Positions 24,256-38,599 of a stretch of 64,000 nucleotides of DNA are shown in pieces. The stretch comes from Octopus vulgaris (lineage: Eukaryota), in NCBI GenBank assembly GCA_951406725.2, contig OX597814.1:14260001-14324000 (forward strand). The letters run 5' to 3'. The translations under genes and the position numbers were made by a program. How positions within the stretch are numbered: the first letter of the stretch is position 1; each line of letters begins with the position of its first letter. Under the pieces are notes generated by a model that saw nothing but the letters and a program-made list of their open reading frames with translations, had not been told where the DNA came from and did no database searches.

Positions 24256-25095
24256 ATATGGATAACGTTTAAAAGTGCTGACAGTGAAAATAATTACTGT
24301 GACGAAATCTAAGAAAATCACGCATCTAAAGTGAATTGGTTAGCGACCGTTAACTATAAGTATATATATCCAGTAACAGGGAGCATAAACAATAAATTTT
24401 TAAAAGTGATAGAAACAGTTCAAACTATGATAAACAAAGAACGACAAAGACGGTGCAACACATAGGACAAAGAGGACTGGATACATTATGCCCTAGTATT
24501 AAGTAAGCATGCGGTTGAAGGCCTAGAAATGAATGATATGAATATGATTAATGAAGAGTATAAGAGTGTTTAATGTCACTATATTCCACCAGTATTTTTG
24601 ATAGAATTGTCCTGATAACAGTACTTTAATCCGTTACCCAGTTTAACCCCGCTAACTGACATCTTAGATGTCATCAGAAAGACCTATTCTATTCCAAGTA
24701 TTCAAGTATTCAGATCTTCCGTCCCCAATCTCGCAGGTCCTATAGGCAGTTATAGGCATTGTCTTCCCTCATGACTAAAAGCAGAAAAAGTGGTACAGGA
24801 AGGAAGTAATCCATATTCATTCCATTCTGCTCTATGTTCTGCACTTTTCTATGCTCGATCTTATCGTCTCTCTCTCTCAATCGTAACAACTCTGACAATT
24901 TTAAATCTACGCCATAACTTCTCTCTTTATTTCTCCTCGGCTTTTCTTTATTAAACTTCAAATATAATTCTACTCTATATAGCCTCCTTGTAGACTCTGA
25001 GAATTAGCCGCACACCGCCGACAATTCTATTTTACATTATCCCTCTCATGCTGCAGAAAAATCCACTACAGATTGAAATATCATAGTTACTTAAA

Positions 25096-25930
25096 GGCAG
25101 CGAGGTGGCAGAAACGTTAGCATGCCGGGCGAAATGCTTAGCGGTATTTCGTCTGCCGTTACGTTCTGAGTTCAAATTCCGCCGAGGTCGATTTTGCCCT
25201 TCATCCTTTCGGGGTCTATAAATCAAGTACCAGTTACGCACTGGGGTCGATCTAATCGATTTAATCCATTTGTCTGACCTTGTTTGTCCCCTCTATGTTT
25301 AGCCCCTTGTGGGCAATAAAGAAATAAGAAACGTTAGCATAAGGCGGCGAGCTGGCAGAAACGTTAGCACACCAGGCGAAATGCTTAGCGGTATTTCGTC
25401 TGCCGTTACGTTGTGAGTTCAAATTCCGCCGAGGTTGACTTTGCCTTTTATCCTTTCGGAGTCGATAAATTTAGTATCAGTTACACACTGGAGTCGATGT
25501 AATCGACTTAATACCTATGTCTGTCCTTGTTTGTCCTCTCTATGTTTAGCCCCTTGTGGGTAATAAAGAAATAGGTATTTCGTCTGTCTTTACGTTCTGA
25601 GTTCAAATTCCGCTGACATCGACTTCGCCTTTCATCTTTTTGGAGTCGATTAAATAAGTACCAGTTACGCACTGGAGTCGATGTAATCGACTTAATCCGC
25701 GTGTCTGTCCTTGTTTGTCCCCTCTCTGTGTGGCCCCTTGTGGGCACGCCGGGCGAAGTGCTAAGCGTTCTTTCGTCTGTCTTTAAGTTCTGAGATCAAA
25801 TTCCGCCGAGGTCGACTTTGCTATTCATCCTTTCGGGTCGATAAATTAAGTACCAGTTACATACTGATGTCGATCTAAACGACTGGCCCCTTCCTCCAAA
25901 ATTACGGGCCTTGTGCCCAGAGTAGAAATG
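25096..25930 (+). mobile_element. Tetrameric SINE S2 insertion flanked by a 19-bp target-site duplication
   Basis: Four head-to-tail units; aatatcatagttacttaaa at 25077-25095 and 25931-25949. Confidence 0.85.
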
Positions 25931-26267
25931 AATATCATAGTTACTTAAAAATACTTATGTCTTGCAAAACTTTCACTTTGTTGCGTGAAGTCATAAAAAT
26001 ATAAACAAAATATTAATGTATGTGTGGGGGGGATTGTATGCGTGTGTCTAAAATTTGCTATGCTAGCAGGCATGTAGTTAGTTAGTTGGTTAGTTAATTA
26101 AGTAGGTAGGTAGGTATTTTGTAAATATTCTTGCGACTAAATTTATATTATGAATATTTGCAACAATATACTTCATGTCCATATCCTACGGCAATCTTAG
26201 CATGAAACGTGTGGTGTATGTCGGCGTGGTTCCAATTATTATCGACTTTCCTTTTGTCTCCCAACAG

Positions 26268-26284
26268 AACGGTGACCTGCAGTG
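26268..26284 (+). CDS. Candidate 17-nt microexon of an unidentified gene
   Basis: ctttccttttgtctcccaacag|AACGGTGACCTGCAGTG|gtcagt; phase-compatible with 30933-31012. Confidence 0.2.
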
Positions 26285-26895
26285 GTCAGTTTAAAGTTTC
26301 GATGTTTAAGACAATAAAATGCGTCGACACCTCTGTTGAGATTACAATAAATGTCGTGACTTTTTGACGCTCCTTAGTTACTTATACTGATCTTGTGTAC
26401 TGGCAATGATGAATTGTTTACTTCATTGTTAAAATAACAGATATTTTGAGACGGGTGTACTTATTGCAAAAGGTCATGATAGAGTAGGTGATGTTAATAA
26501 ACGCTATTAAGTTAGGAAGAAATGTTAGATATTCATAATTAAGATCCACTTCAAACTCTTAAAACAGAACCCTGTAGGATATTAATTAAAACAAATTATA
26601 ACAACTAATCTTAAAAGCATAAACTTTGAAACAGAAGGCTCCTATTAATTATTCATTCAATAGGTACAGATATTAATTAATAATATTCAGGAAATAAATA
26701 ACATAATTTTAAAATTCAGTCAGTAAATTACAGGGAAGCAATTTTTGCAATAATTGATACTTCTGCCCAATTAAATAATTCAGGAGGAATTCAAGGGTAA
26801 AATAAACTTATTTTCAGAATCATCACTAAACAAATTCTTCAGTTATTTCTTTTAGGACTTGTTAAGAGAATCATAAGTATGAATAAATTCACGAA

Positions 26896-26921
26896 TCTAT
26901 CTATCTATTTATCTATCTATA

Positions 26922-27003
<82 letters not shown>

Positions 27004-27051
27004 ACTATCTATCTATCTATCTACCAATCTATTCATCTGTCTATCTATTTA

Positions 27052-27087
<36 letters not shown>
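26896..27087. repeat. (TCTA)n/(TA)n microsatellite
   Basis: Directly visible. Confidence 0.9.
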
Positions 27088-27088
<1 letters not shown>

Positions 27089-27629
27089 CGGTACATCTAC
27101 AAGTTAGCATAACCAGCAGACGTGAGGGCGCCACCAATGACGCTAAATAATTTTTCAGTGTATGTCCACGTAAGCCGTCATTGACCGACTCCAAGCACCT
27201 CCATGTCAAGTTTGATATGAAAAACGCTGCCAAATACCTTTTGTGTCTACCCACATGTTTACCTGTAGTACAGGACCCTCGAGATAAACTGGTCAAAGTC
27301 AGAGGTCGGCTCAACGATCCTCCTGCCTGCCATTCGTTCCGCCCTCAGGTCAAATATCCTCTATCCTGAAACATTGATGGACAGACTGAAGGTGATAAAT
27401 GTTCACCCAGTACTGTTTCGTTTAAGGAAATACTTCGCTATGATGAAGCTATTGCATACTCTCCGTAGTGGCCCTATCTCAAACCACGTATCTCTCCTCA
27501 GGGATCTCGATGACAGTATCCAACGGGCCACCTAAGACATGCAACGTTCAGTTCGACGATACTAGATAGCAACAGATACTAGATGGATGGCAACGATACA
27601 AGATTGCAACAGGCGACATTACCCACCAT

Positions 27630-28345
27630 ATATAGCATTTGAAAGAGATCGAAAGAGGTGGAAATCCGTTGGTGCCAAATCAGAAAAGTACGGCCGGTGT
27701 GACAGCAATTCCCAGCCATGCGTTTGAATGGCTTCCTTGGTCATGATGGCGGGCGTTGCCGTGCTGCAGAAGAACCCCATGTTGACGATTAGGTCTTTGA
27801 ATAGCCGGTTTCAGTCGTTCCAACTGTTGAGCACCGCTTGGTTCCGTTCAAACAATTCTTAATGGATAATCCCTTCCCAGTCCCAACATACGCACCACAT
27901 CGTTTTACACAGATGAAGATCTTGTTTCACGCGCGGTGTCGGTTGTTTACCGGGGGTAAGCCATTCCTTACGCTACATCATATTGATGTACAGGCACCAT
28001 TTTTCGTCGCCAGTAACGATTCGGTAAATGCTTGTGCCCATGAGTTGAGCGGTGACGAGCAAGCAAACCAGAGGAGATCGTGGTTCGTTTTCACTTAAAG
28101 CATGCAGAACCATTGCTCCATACTTCTGAACCTTTCCCCTCGAGAGAAGATGCTTCTCTATAGCAATGTTGGAACATTCCATTTTCTCTACCAGTTCCCT
28201 TGTCGTTTGACGAGAATTTTCGCGCAAAAGTTGGTTTAATCGCTCCTCATCGAACACAACTGGACGGCCAGAACGAGGTGCGTCTTTTAAATCTTAAAAA
28301 AATATTAAATTTAAAAAAACTGCGTGAACTTAGTTGCCAACCCAA
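27630..28345 (-). mobile_element. Decayed mariner transposon
   Basis: RSGRPVVFDEERL, RIVTGDEKWCLYIN, HGNARHH, APTDFHLFRS; TIR-like ttagttgccaacccaa-TA. Confidence 0.85.
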
Positions 28346-28465
28346 TATTTATGCTCGGAGATGAACGTTTATATGTGTGTAGGTATCTATGTATATACAG
28401 AAGTATATTTATATAGATATGGTTTCTTGTATATGTTTGTATGTATGTATATATATATGTATATA

Positions 28466-28520
<55 letters not shown>

Positions 28521-28528
<8 letters not shown>

Positions 28529-28727
28529 AAAGGGCTTAGTAAAATAAATTACTTTGCCACATACTTTGCCACATACTTTATTTATTTTACTAAGCCCTTT
28601 TATATAATGTAATAATATAATATAATAATATAATGTAATAATTTGAATTCGCCTTAAATGGTCCCTTTGCATACTGAATACTTGGTGAAATTGATTAATA
28701 ATTAATTAATTTTACCCTCAATTGTTG

Positions 28728-28730
<3 letters not shown>
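28521..28730. mobile_element. Short family A fragment with mini fold-back, between (TA)n runs
   Basis: Near-identical to ~2836-2960; attatataaaagggcttagtaaaataaat inverted against atttattttactaagcccttttatataat. Confidence 0.85.
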
Positions 28731-28779
<49 letters not shown>

Positions 28780-29519
28780 GTACATACCTCTCCATACACA
28801 GCTCAAATGTCGCGAGCAGCTTTTGCGGACTTAGAATCTTGATTAAAAACAAAACGTAGGACGTGTCGAAAATGCTCGTTTTTCTTAACATGACAATTCA
28901 TTTTAATGATCTAAAAATTAAACAAAAATTAACTAGAATTAACTAGAAGAAAAAAACAAAATAGATTCCAAAATGATTGAAAAATATAATTCTCGAAGAA
29001 AATAGATTCCAAAATTTAAAAACGCTATAAATACCAAAATTTAAAAAATCGGTGGAAACTTAGTTGCTAACCGAATATATGGTAATACTCACACATATAT
29101 ACATTATATTCGTCTAATACATACATTTGCCGTCGCTAGCAAGAGAAAGAAGAAAGAAATAGAAATAAAAAGAAACAGATAAATGCTGGCGTGGGGTGGA
29201 ATTAAAGAGAAAATAGAGAAACGTTTCAATCTTGACAATGTGGTGTCTATAAAAGTATCGAGACGTAAATAAAGAAAATAAAAGTAAAGGAGGAAAAGAG
29301 AAAGATAAGTTGTGATAAAATAATCGTGTGTATACATCCATGCCCATATACGTATCCATATAGATAGACATGTATATTCATGCCAAAATAAATACACACA
29401 CACACACACACATTATATGTATATATACATGCATATACACGCATATATACACGTATACACACACAAAAACGCACACATACATACATATATATACATATGT
29501 GTATATATATATGTATATA

Positions 29520-29581
<62 letters not shown>

Positions 29582-30034
29582 TAAATATATCAATATATAT
29601 ATATATGCATATATATATATATATATATATATAAATATATCAATATATATATATATATATATAAATATATATACATACATTATACATACACAATACATAT
29701 ATACGTATATGTACGCACAACTGTGTGTCTGGCGTGTTGAATATTAATATAAAAATTGTTAAAAGAACCAATGAAGTAATGCAGTTTCGGATCTATAGAT
29801 TAAGCGAAACTAAATAAAAAATCAATTATAAAATTAGAGTTAAAATAGTAAAAACATTATTTTATGCAATATGAATATGAGTAACCTTTGTATGCCTAAC
29901 CAAGGTATGTATGTTAGGTACGTAATGTACACACTACAACAATAAGCATTGAATAGGGAGAGTGTAAAAATACTAATATCCTTATAAAAACATTTAATGA
30001 ATATACTATAAAAATATTATTAAAAATAATAATT

Positions 30035-30225
30035 TCAAATTTTGCCTCGAGGGCAGCAAATAGTGCGGTGGAAGGAAAGGTGGGGGTAATGGTTCATTGT
30101 ATCTACCCCAGGGTTCAAATGTTACTTCTTATATTCACCGAAATAATGAAATGTAAAGACGACCTCGGCGGAATTTAAATCAGAACTTAGCGACGGTCAA
30201 AATAATGCTGAGCATTTTGTCTAAC
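30035..30225 (-). mobile_element. SINE S2, degenerate
   Basis: gacctcggcggaatttaaatcagaac core. Confidence 0.6.
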
Positions 30226-30260
30226 TCCTTGTCTTATCAACAATGATAACAAAATGATAA

Positions 30261-30319
<59 letters not shown>

Positions 30320-30328
30320 ATGATGATA

Positions 30329-30361
<33 letters not shown>

Positions 30362-30367
<6 letters not shown>

Positions 30368-30580
30368 CCCTTATGCAGTACCAGACAATGACGCTCATGG
30401 CTTCTGATCTTAACTGATTGGAAGTGTTATCATGTACATTATTTTGTTTTGGTACAAACGATGAGCTACAGCAAATATTCTGCTCAATACCACAGATTTG
30501 CTTGTCAGTTGTTTGACCTTAACCAGTTGAGCATGTCCCTTAGTGGCTAACTATATGTGCATCTCTGATCACGAGCCATG
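30362..30580. mobile_element. (AAT)n-associated interspersed repeat fragment ('family E')
   Basis: Reverse complement of ~47535-47748; starts directly after (AAT)n. Confidence 0.75.
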
Positions 30581-30731
30581 TGTTGAAAGGAATTCTTGGA
30601 GGTTTGGATAATTCACCTTTGGAAACACGGCTGGTTCGTTCAACAGCCTTCAACAATCCTTATTTTGAGGAGAGCGCTTTGTCAGAATGTGAAATGGAAA
30701 ATTCCAGAGAAGGCAAAATACCATAAACAGT

Positions 30732-30765
<34 letters not shown>

Positions 30766-30932
30766 TCAGTCATTTGACTGCCGCCATGCTGGGACACCGC
30801 ATTTAGTCGAACAAATTGACCCACAGGACATTCTTTGTAAGCCTAGTACTTACTCTATCGATCTCTCTTGTAGACTTTACTAAATTATGTTTTACCATAT
30901 TTGATCAAGATTATGTTTGCTTATATTTTCAG

Positions 30933-31012
30933 GAATACATCAAGTGACACTGGAGGTATTTTGTAAGAAGGTGCTTGAAATTAATGCGTGGAATTCGAAG
31001 ACATTGGACTGG
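30933..31012 (+). CDS. Candidate 80-nt internal coding exon, (G)IHQVTLEVFCKKVLEINAWNSKTLDW; protein not recognised
   Basis: ttatattttcag acceptor, TGG|gtaaat donor, stop-free protein-like frame in non-repetitive sequence. Confidence 0.4.
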
Positions 31013-32355
31013 GTAAATTTCCATTTCTTTTCATGATTGCTAAATCAGTTAAATTTTCTTTCATTTTTGATATTTCATTAATAATGTTTACTTGTGTTAT
31101 AAAAATTTTTTAAGCACATAATTAGCGTTTGGTTTTGCCCTGAAAATTTGGAACAACGATTTTCTTGCGATTTTTAAAAGTTATATATTTTTCTTGTGAG
31201 AGTAATAATTAAAAATTCCGATCTGCTTTAAGTTTCATGCTAATTATTTACGCTCCGTCGTTAGCGTCATCATAAATGTAGAGGCCCCTGTTTTAGTGGG
31301 TACGGTGTTGACCGTAAGATTATGGTTTCGATTGCTTGAACGAACGATATTCTTCAGCATACCACTTCATATCATGTTTCTCCAGTCGACTCATCTGGGC
31401 AAAAATGAATAATCCTACGCCAGACTGATATCCCACCCAGGTGTTGGGGTGCATGGAATATATAAGCCACAGAATCCGGTAAACTAGATTGATCAGTCAA
31501 AGGCTTCCGTTTGATCTTTGATACATTTTATTCGATATTTGTTATAACTTTCTGTACTTTTGTGTCATATTATTCAGCGAAAATTTAAGGTGTCTGTATC
31601 TATCGACCACGTTCAGATTTTTTCGTGTTTTTTTTTCTCTTATTTTCTTGTTTTTCACTTTTTTAAAAGCTAAACATTTTGCGAGGTGTTTGCATACTTA
31701 TGTTCTCAATTTTAGCTTTTACTGGGATGTGCAATTAAATATCCGAGATTCATTAGAACCACGATAGATACAAATAAGTTTTGTCTGGATGTGTCTTCCA
31801 GTGGCTGTTATGAGTGTGATATCTTGCACTATATTTTTTTATAACTTACACTGTGGACTAACCATCTTAAGTGAATCCTGATCAATATTGTTTCTCGATG
31901 GAGACACATTATTGCATTATATTGGCATAGAGAAAATGCTAGCTACATACACAGGGAATTATCAAGGTTAGAGTATTGTATTCACGATCACACGATCATA
32001 TATCCAATCCCTGGAGCGGATGGTGAGTTGTGTTCTTAAGGAAAACATTTCTTCTCACGATCTTCTCCGATCACTTCGATGCTTGACGTCCGGTATACCG
32101 TGCATCTGTTCCGGCAGCGTCGATTTCACGCAGTGAGTCGATTTGATGTAGGAGGCTAATGCACAAATCAAACATTTGATCACATTAAACAAATCATTTG
32201 TGCAGGCTGCTCGTTATGAATTTGTAAAACCGTCTTCACTAAATATAACTGTTTTCCGTTTCCATCATTCCTTGTAAGCTCAACAAACCCTGCAGAATTC
32301 CTGAAGCAGATCCATTGACTCACTTATCAAAATTATATATATATGTATGTATGTA

Positions 32356-32416
<61 letters not shown>

Positions 32417-32459
32417 TTATGTATATATATATGTACGTATGCATAAATATATACATATG

Positions 32460-32568
<109 letters not shown>

Positions 32569-33049
32569 GTATGTATGTGTGTATGTAAGTATGTATGTAT
32601 TCAAAATTTGTGTTGATATGTATACAATGATATATCAATTCAATAAAGTTAAAATACGGTCTGGTTTCCGTGTTTTTTATTATTGTATTTTTGAAAAACA
32701 TTTTCATAATGTGAAAGTATGTTAAACATTAAAAAAATATTGTATAATATTCATAAACTTCGTAGTAATTATCAGATTTCAAAATGTATTTAAATGGCAG
32801 TTGATTTCTTGACAACTGTAATAAAATGACTGACATCTTCCTTTTAATACCTCTTAGAAGGCTCCAGCAAGCTGAATTTTTCGAATACGATTTTGACCAA
32901 TTCGCATCCTCTTAAAAGTCACGGTTCACCGGGCGCACCAACATTACTGGCATATATCCCGCCTTAATTTTAATCAGTTAGCTAGCGATTTACATGTACT
33001 GGTTTTATGAGTGAGCAAACTTAGTTTCGATCGTTTTTATTTCAGTTGG

Positions 33050-33600
33050 TGGAGTCTTCTGTAATTTGTAACGATACTTTTTAATCCATATCATTAACTG
33101 GTTCTTATACCAATTGTTCTTATTTCCGTTCAGAACAGGTTTCAACATTTTGATAAAACATTTTTCTTTTATCTTTCTCCCAGCCTTACTTGTGTCATGT
33201 AGCTAGTGTGAAAAAAAAATAAGCAACATTTTCTGACCACATGTTTCTATATGTTTGCTCAATGGAATTTGGCCAACATTAGTATTTCGGATTTGTTGTC
33301 TGTGGACTCATGAGCGTTCCAATAATGCATTCCCTGTCACGTCAATATTTAGTTCCTCGCAGTTATGGCATTTAATGTAGTAGATTAAATTTCTGCTTTT
33401 GCACTTCATGTCTACGAAAATCTGTCCATTTTTTGTTTTGATGGATCTACCAGTCTGCATGTATTGACACGTTCCACATCTTGTATCATTACACTTGGAT
33501 ACTGTGAATGTTTTATCCTGTTTGTTCATGTTGAATTTTGCCTTAGTTAGGAGCTTCATTAGGTAATGTGACTGCCTTTGCTTAAGATTGGTAAACAACG
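33050..33600 (-). mobile_element. Penelope-like GIY-YIG endonuclease fragment
   Basis: KCNDTRCGTCQY...MKCKSRNLIYYIKCHNC (Cys-rich linker plus GIY-like motif). Confidence 0.75.
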
Positions 33601-33839
33601 TAAACAACGAAAGAGAAAAAGGAAAGCAGAACAAGTAAACACCGAGAAACGACATTTCGTCTGTTCTCGGATGTATATCTATTCCTCATTTCGAGCATTA
33701 TACACATATGTATATGCTCCAGCATTACTTCAATCATAATGACTCAAATAAATAAATGAGTAAATGAATATAAAAGTATATATATATATCCATGTGGTAG
33801 GTTTTTAATTTATAGTGATTTCCCTTGATCATCAATATT

Positions 33840-34552
33840 TTGCGATAGCGGAAACGAAGGAACTGCGCGCTTCCATGAAATTCTGTTTTCTGCTGGGGAA
33901 AAGGGCAACTGAAAATATTGTCATGCTTCAAACAACTTACAAAGTCACGGCAATGTGCATAACACAAGTTAACGAGTGGCTTTCATGCTTTAGGAATAGT
34001 CATTTGTTGCTTGAAGACCAACCACATTCAGGGTCACCGTCGACCACCCGAATGAATGAAAACATCACGAAATTTCATGAACAGATCTTGGAGACCCGGA
34101 CCGCACAATTGACAAACTCCTTTATATGACTGGTGTGTCCTGGAACTCGTGGCAACGAATTATAACCGGGGTATTGCAAATGAAAAGAGTTGCAGTAAAA
34201 TTTGTGCCTCGCTTGCTCACAGAAGATCAAAAGCAGTCATGACTGAATGCGTATCGTGAACTGAAAGAAAAGTTGGAAATTGATCCGGACCTGTTGTCGA
34301 AGGTCATCACTGGTGACGAAAGATGGTACTACGGAATTTGCAGATGTAGAAGACGTGGACAAAAATCGATGAAGGAGTTAAATGACATCATTTCGTAAGA
34401 GTTCAAGCAATGCTTCTAACAGCGGAAAACCCGTTTCGACCGATGCATTGCTTCAAATTGTGAATATTTTGAAGGCGATAAATGTTTAAACATGTAAAAC
34501 TGAGTGAATTTAATAATATTACAGAATTCTGGTTTCTTTTAGGTACACCCTC

Positions 34553-34553
<1 letters not shown>
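33840..34553 (+). mobile_element. Internally deleted mariner transposon
   Basis: KFCFLLGKRATE, EDQPHSGSPST, KFVPRLLTEDQK, VITGDERW; ends gtacaccctcg-TA. Confidence 0.85.
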
Positions 34554-34589
<36 letters not shown>

Positions 34590-35423
34590 AGATAAGAAAA
34601 TGGAGAAATACATCTAGTAATCTGTGGAAAATCATTTTACCTTTGCCCATATAATACAGTAAATGAATTGATTGCATCGCAATCCTTAACATTTATGTAT
34701 TAACTTTGTTGGGTACTTCACTAGCAGTATATTGGATATATGTTATCCCATGGAGGGTTGCATTTACAACCCCTATCTCAATTTGTATATATATATATAT
34801 ATATATTATGTACTTTTCCATGATAGATTGATCACCAAAAATATATAATATATTTCTAACCTTATAATTTTAGGTCTAAGTAGGGTAACTCTTTTACATT
34901 TTTATATTTTTACTTTGTGATTTTAGCTTTTACTTTTTCATTTTCCGTTTTCTGTTTTCCGTTTCCCGTTCTTTAACCTTCCGCAAGTTCTATATGCTGC
35001 TTTCTTAGGTTTCTTTAGTGTTTTTTCTCTTGGTCAGGTTTTTTTTAGTTCGTAATGGTATGTGCTTTGTGACTGTTGAATCTCTTTGACATATTTCTCA
35101 AAATACAAATCTATCAATAGCACTTAAAGACATATCGTGTGTCCTTTGGATAAACTTTAAATAAATAATATATATATTACAGCAGTTCAATTACATGGTA
35201 CGCAAGCTTAAACATGTACTTGTTGGGTACTTCCTTGTTACTATTCAGAGCTGCGACTAGGATGCATAATTGTATGAAGAGCAATGTGCAGCTACTGCAG
35301 TAGAAATATGTTGGTCATTGTTATATATGGTGTAGAAAACTTTTTAATAAAAATATTTTGGATGTGAATAAATCTCACTTCTCCTCTTGGTTTTCAATTA
35401 TATATGTATATATGCAGATACAG

Positions 35424-35506
<83 letters not shown>

Positions 35507-35533
35507 TATATACATATATATATACATATATAT

Positions 35534-35607
<74 letters not shown>

Positions 35608-37054
35608 CTATGTATGTATATTTTATGTATATATGTATATTAGTAAGTCTTGTGTATGACTTTAAACTGCATCCAGGAGATGAGATTTCGTACAGAATTC
35701 CCAGGGACCACCTCTTAGTCATTTTGTTTCTCTGTCTACTCTGACCCGGAGTAGTAACACCTGTTAGAGTCCCAACTATGCGTTAACTACCATGTGAAGC
35801 TCTTTGAGTGAGGGACACCTAATTCTCGTAAGATAATCCTCGCATAAAACAATAGAATTGCCGCAGGTTTCTGATCATCTCAACCTCTCTTGTGCCACTA
35901 ATTTCATAGCTGACTGAGCTGAATAGTGTGTTCGGTGCTGTGCAACACTATCCACTCAAAACAAATATACACACAAGAACTTCAGAGACTCTTGGAATAT
36001 TTGCATGGATGTATAGAGCTGTCACGAGTTGATTTACACAATAGTAGTATGAATAATGAGCGCTAGATGTTCGAGCATATAGTCTTTTTACAATGCAAAT
36101 TCTTTACAGCTATTCAGCAGCAAACATGTCATCTGACACTGGTGATATTACGTTGAAGATTCCGGGAGAAAGAGACTTTTGAAAATTAGTCCGAGCAGTT
36201 CTATGACACAAAAAATACGCAAACACAGCAGAAAAACCAATAAACAGACAACGATACCAATCCAAATGGAAGAACAAAGCAAAGAGACATACATAAAAGA
36301 ATAACAATTTATAGACAGAAATATAAAACAGACACGAGCCGATTATTCCCTGGTATAATCTAATATAAAAATAGCGATTTTGCACACATTAAAAGAAACA
36401 TGATTACAAATGTAGTCAAACTGAATATGATCGCTTAATTAATTGTGGGTTGAATAAAACAATTCAACTAATGTTTTGCCCAATGAAAAGTTATATAGAA
36501 ATAAAATTACTTTAAGAAACAGGATATGATGACTTAATAAACAGTTAGAAATAAAATAACCGATGAACTTTTCAATGGAAAGTGATGACGACATACGCAG
36601 TCTTAGCAAAACAGGATATAATTACGGAATCAATAATCGGAGACAAGGCAATCATTGCTTAGTCAATGAAAAGCGTTAAACTCATAAACGATGTAAGCAA
36701 AACAAGTTGTTATTACAAAGACAAGCCAAACAACGAACTCGTTAATATAACATGATAAGCATGTAAGGAATAAGTTGAATAAATTCATTTCGAATTCGAC
36801 CAGTGATGAGAGAATGAGTGACGAAATACTAAATGCAAAATGACGGCAACCAAGGAAAGTCTCTTAGAAAACGAATTGTAGAAAATGGTTGAGGAAAATG
36901 ACTAAAGAGAAAGGAAGAAAGTAATTCCATAGTATATAAAGCATTCGAAATACCGAGAATTAACGTCAGTTCATCCGATGATCGCTCGTTTACAAGTAAC
37001 ATGATTAACTGTGATAAAAATAATAATTACGTCAAATACACACACACACAAAAT

Positions 37055-37280
37055 CTTTTATTCTTTTACTTGTTTCAGTCATTTGTCTGCAGCCATGCTG
37101 GAGCACCGCCTTAAAGGGTTTTAGTCGAATATATCGACCCCAGGAGTTATTCTTTGTAAGCCTAGTGCTTATTCTATCGGCTTCTTTGGCCGAATCGCTA
37201 AGGTACGGGGACATAAACACACCAGCATCGGTTGTCAAGCGAAGTCGGGTGGATAAACACAGACACACACAAATATATTC

Positions 37281-37330
<50 letters not shown>

Positions 37331-37487
37331 GACAGGTTTCTTTCAGTTTCCGTCTACCAAATCCACTCACAACGCTTTGGCCACTCGAGGCTATAGAAGA
37401 AAACACTTGCCCGCCCAAGGTGCCACACAGTGGGACTGAACCTGGAACCATGTGGAACTAAGCTTCTTACCACACAGCCATGCCTGC
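37055..37487 (-). mobile_element. SINE S1, near full length
   Basis: Reverse complement of 58361-58815; a second partial S1 follows at ~37505-37670. Confidence 0.85.
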
Positions 37488-37698
37488 AACTATATGTAGT
37501 ATTTTTTCATTTACTTGTTTCAGGCATTTGACTAAGGCCATGCTGGAGCACCGCCTTCAACGGGTTTTAATCAAACAAATCGATCCCAGGACTTATTTTG
37601 TAATCCTGATACTTATTCTATTAGTTGCCATTGCCGGACCGATAGGTCATGGGGGCATAAATACACGACAGACTTGAATATGCATACATACATACAAG

Positions 37699-37744
<46 letters not shown>

Positions 37745-38599
37745 CACACACACATACATATATATGTATATATGCGTATGTGTGTGTGTGTGTGTGGGGT
37801 GGAGGATACAGAGGGAGAGAGAGCAAGAGAGAGATAGGTATTTACACAATCACTCACACACATTCATATGTATGTATGTATGTAGATGTGTGTGTATTTA
37901 TGTATAACAGTATTAATGATGAAAATTACTTACATGAAAACCAATAAACATATAAATGAATGTCGACTGGATCAATGAATGTATCAGCCAAATAAAGAAA
38001 GAATGTAAAAAGAGTGAAACAAGAAGAAAAAGAAAGAATGGTGTTTGTTTGAACGGAGTATTCTTGAATAAAATAAAGAACTGAAAAAAAAATGTTGAAA
38101 AACAGATTGATAGAAAATAAAAAAAAAACGTTTATAAATAAATGATTTTTTAAAAGTGTAAAGCAATTACATATACGTGTGTTTGTTCATGTGTGCACGC
38201 ATAGCATTCTGCGCTACTGAATAGGTCTTCCCAAGGAGTAGAATAACAAAACAAGGAAAGTCAATAAGAACAACTACAGCAACAATAACGAAGATAGCAT
38301 CAACTGTCAATAACAATAGCATATAAAACAGCAACACCAGTAGCAATAACAAAAGGCATCAATATCAACAACAATAACAACAGCAATATCAATACCATCG
38401 TCAGGCAATAAATGAATAGAGCTATCCTCATCGGCAAAAACAACAACAACAACAACAGCAATAGCAACAACAGCAATAACAAGCAGCAACAATAGCAGTC
38501 ATCACATCAACATGGGGAAAAAAATCTCCCAGTTGCAGAAACAATAGTTTGAAAAGTGAACTGACACAATATAGACTAAACTACCAAAACATTATTAAC

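Noticed and set aside
24655-24690. CTGATGA-catc-taa-gatg on the minus strand as a hammerhead
   Set aside because: Followed by TCAG, not GAAA; only a small hairpin
25096-25930. CRISPR-like or satellite array
   Set aside because: Units are ~200-bp SINE copies found dispersed elsewhere in the window; no short repeat-spacer pattern; eukaryotic context
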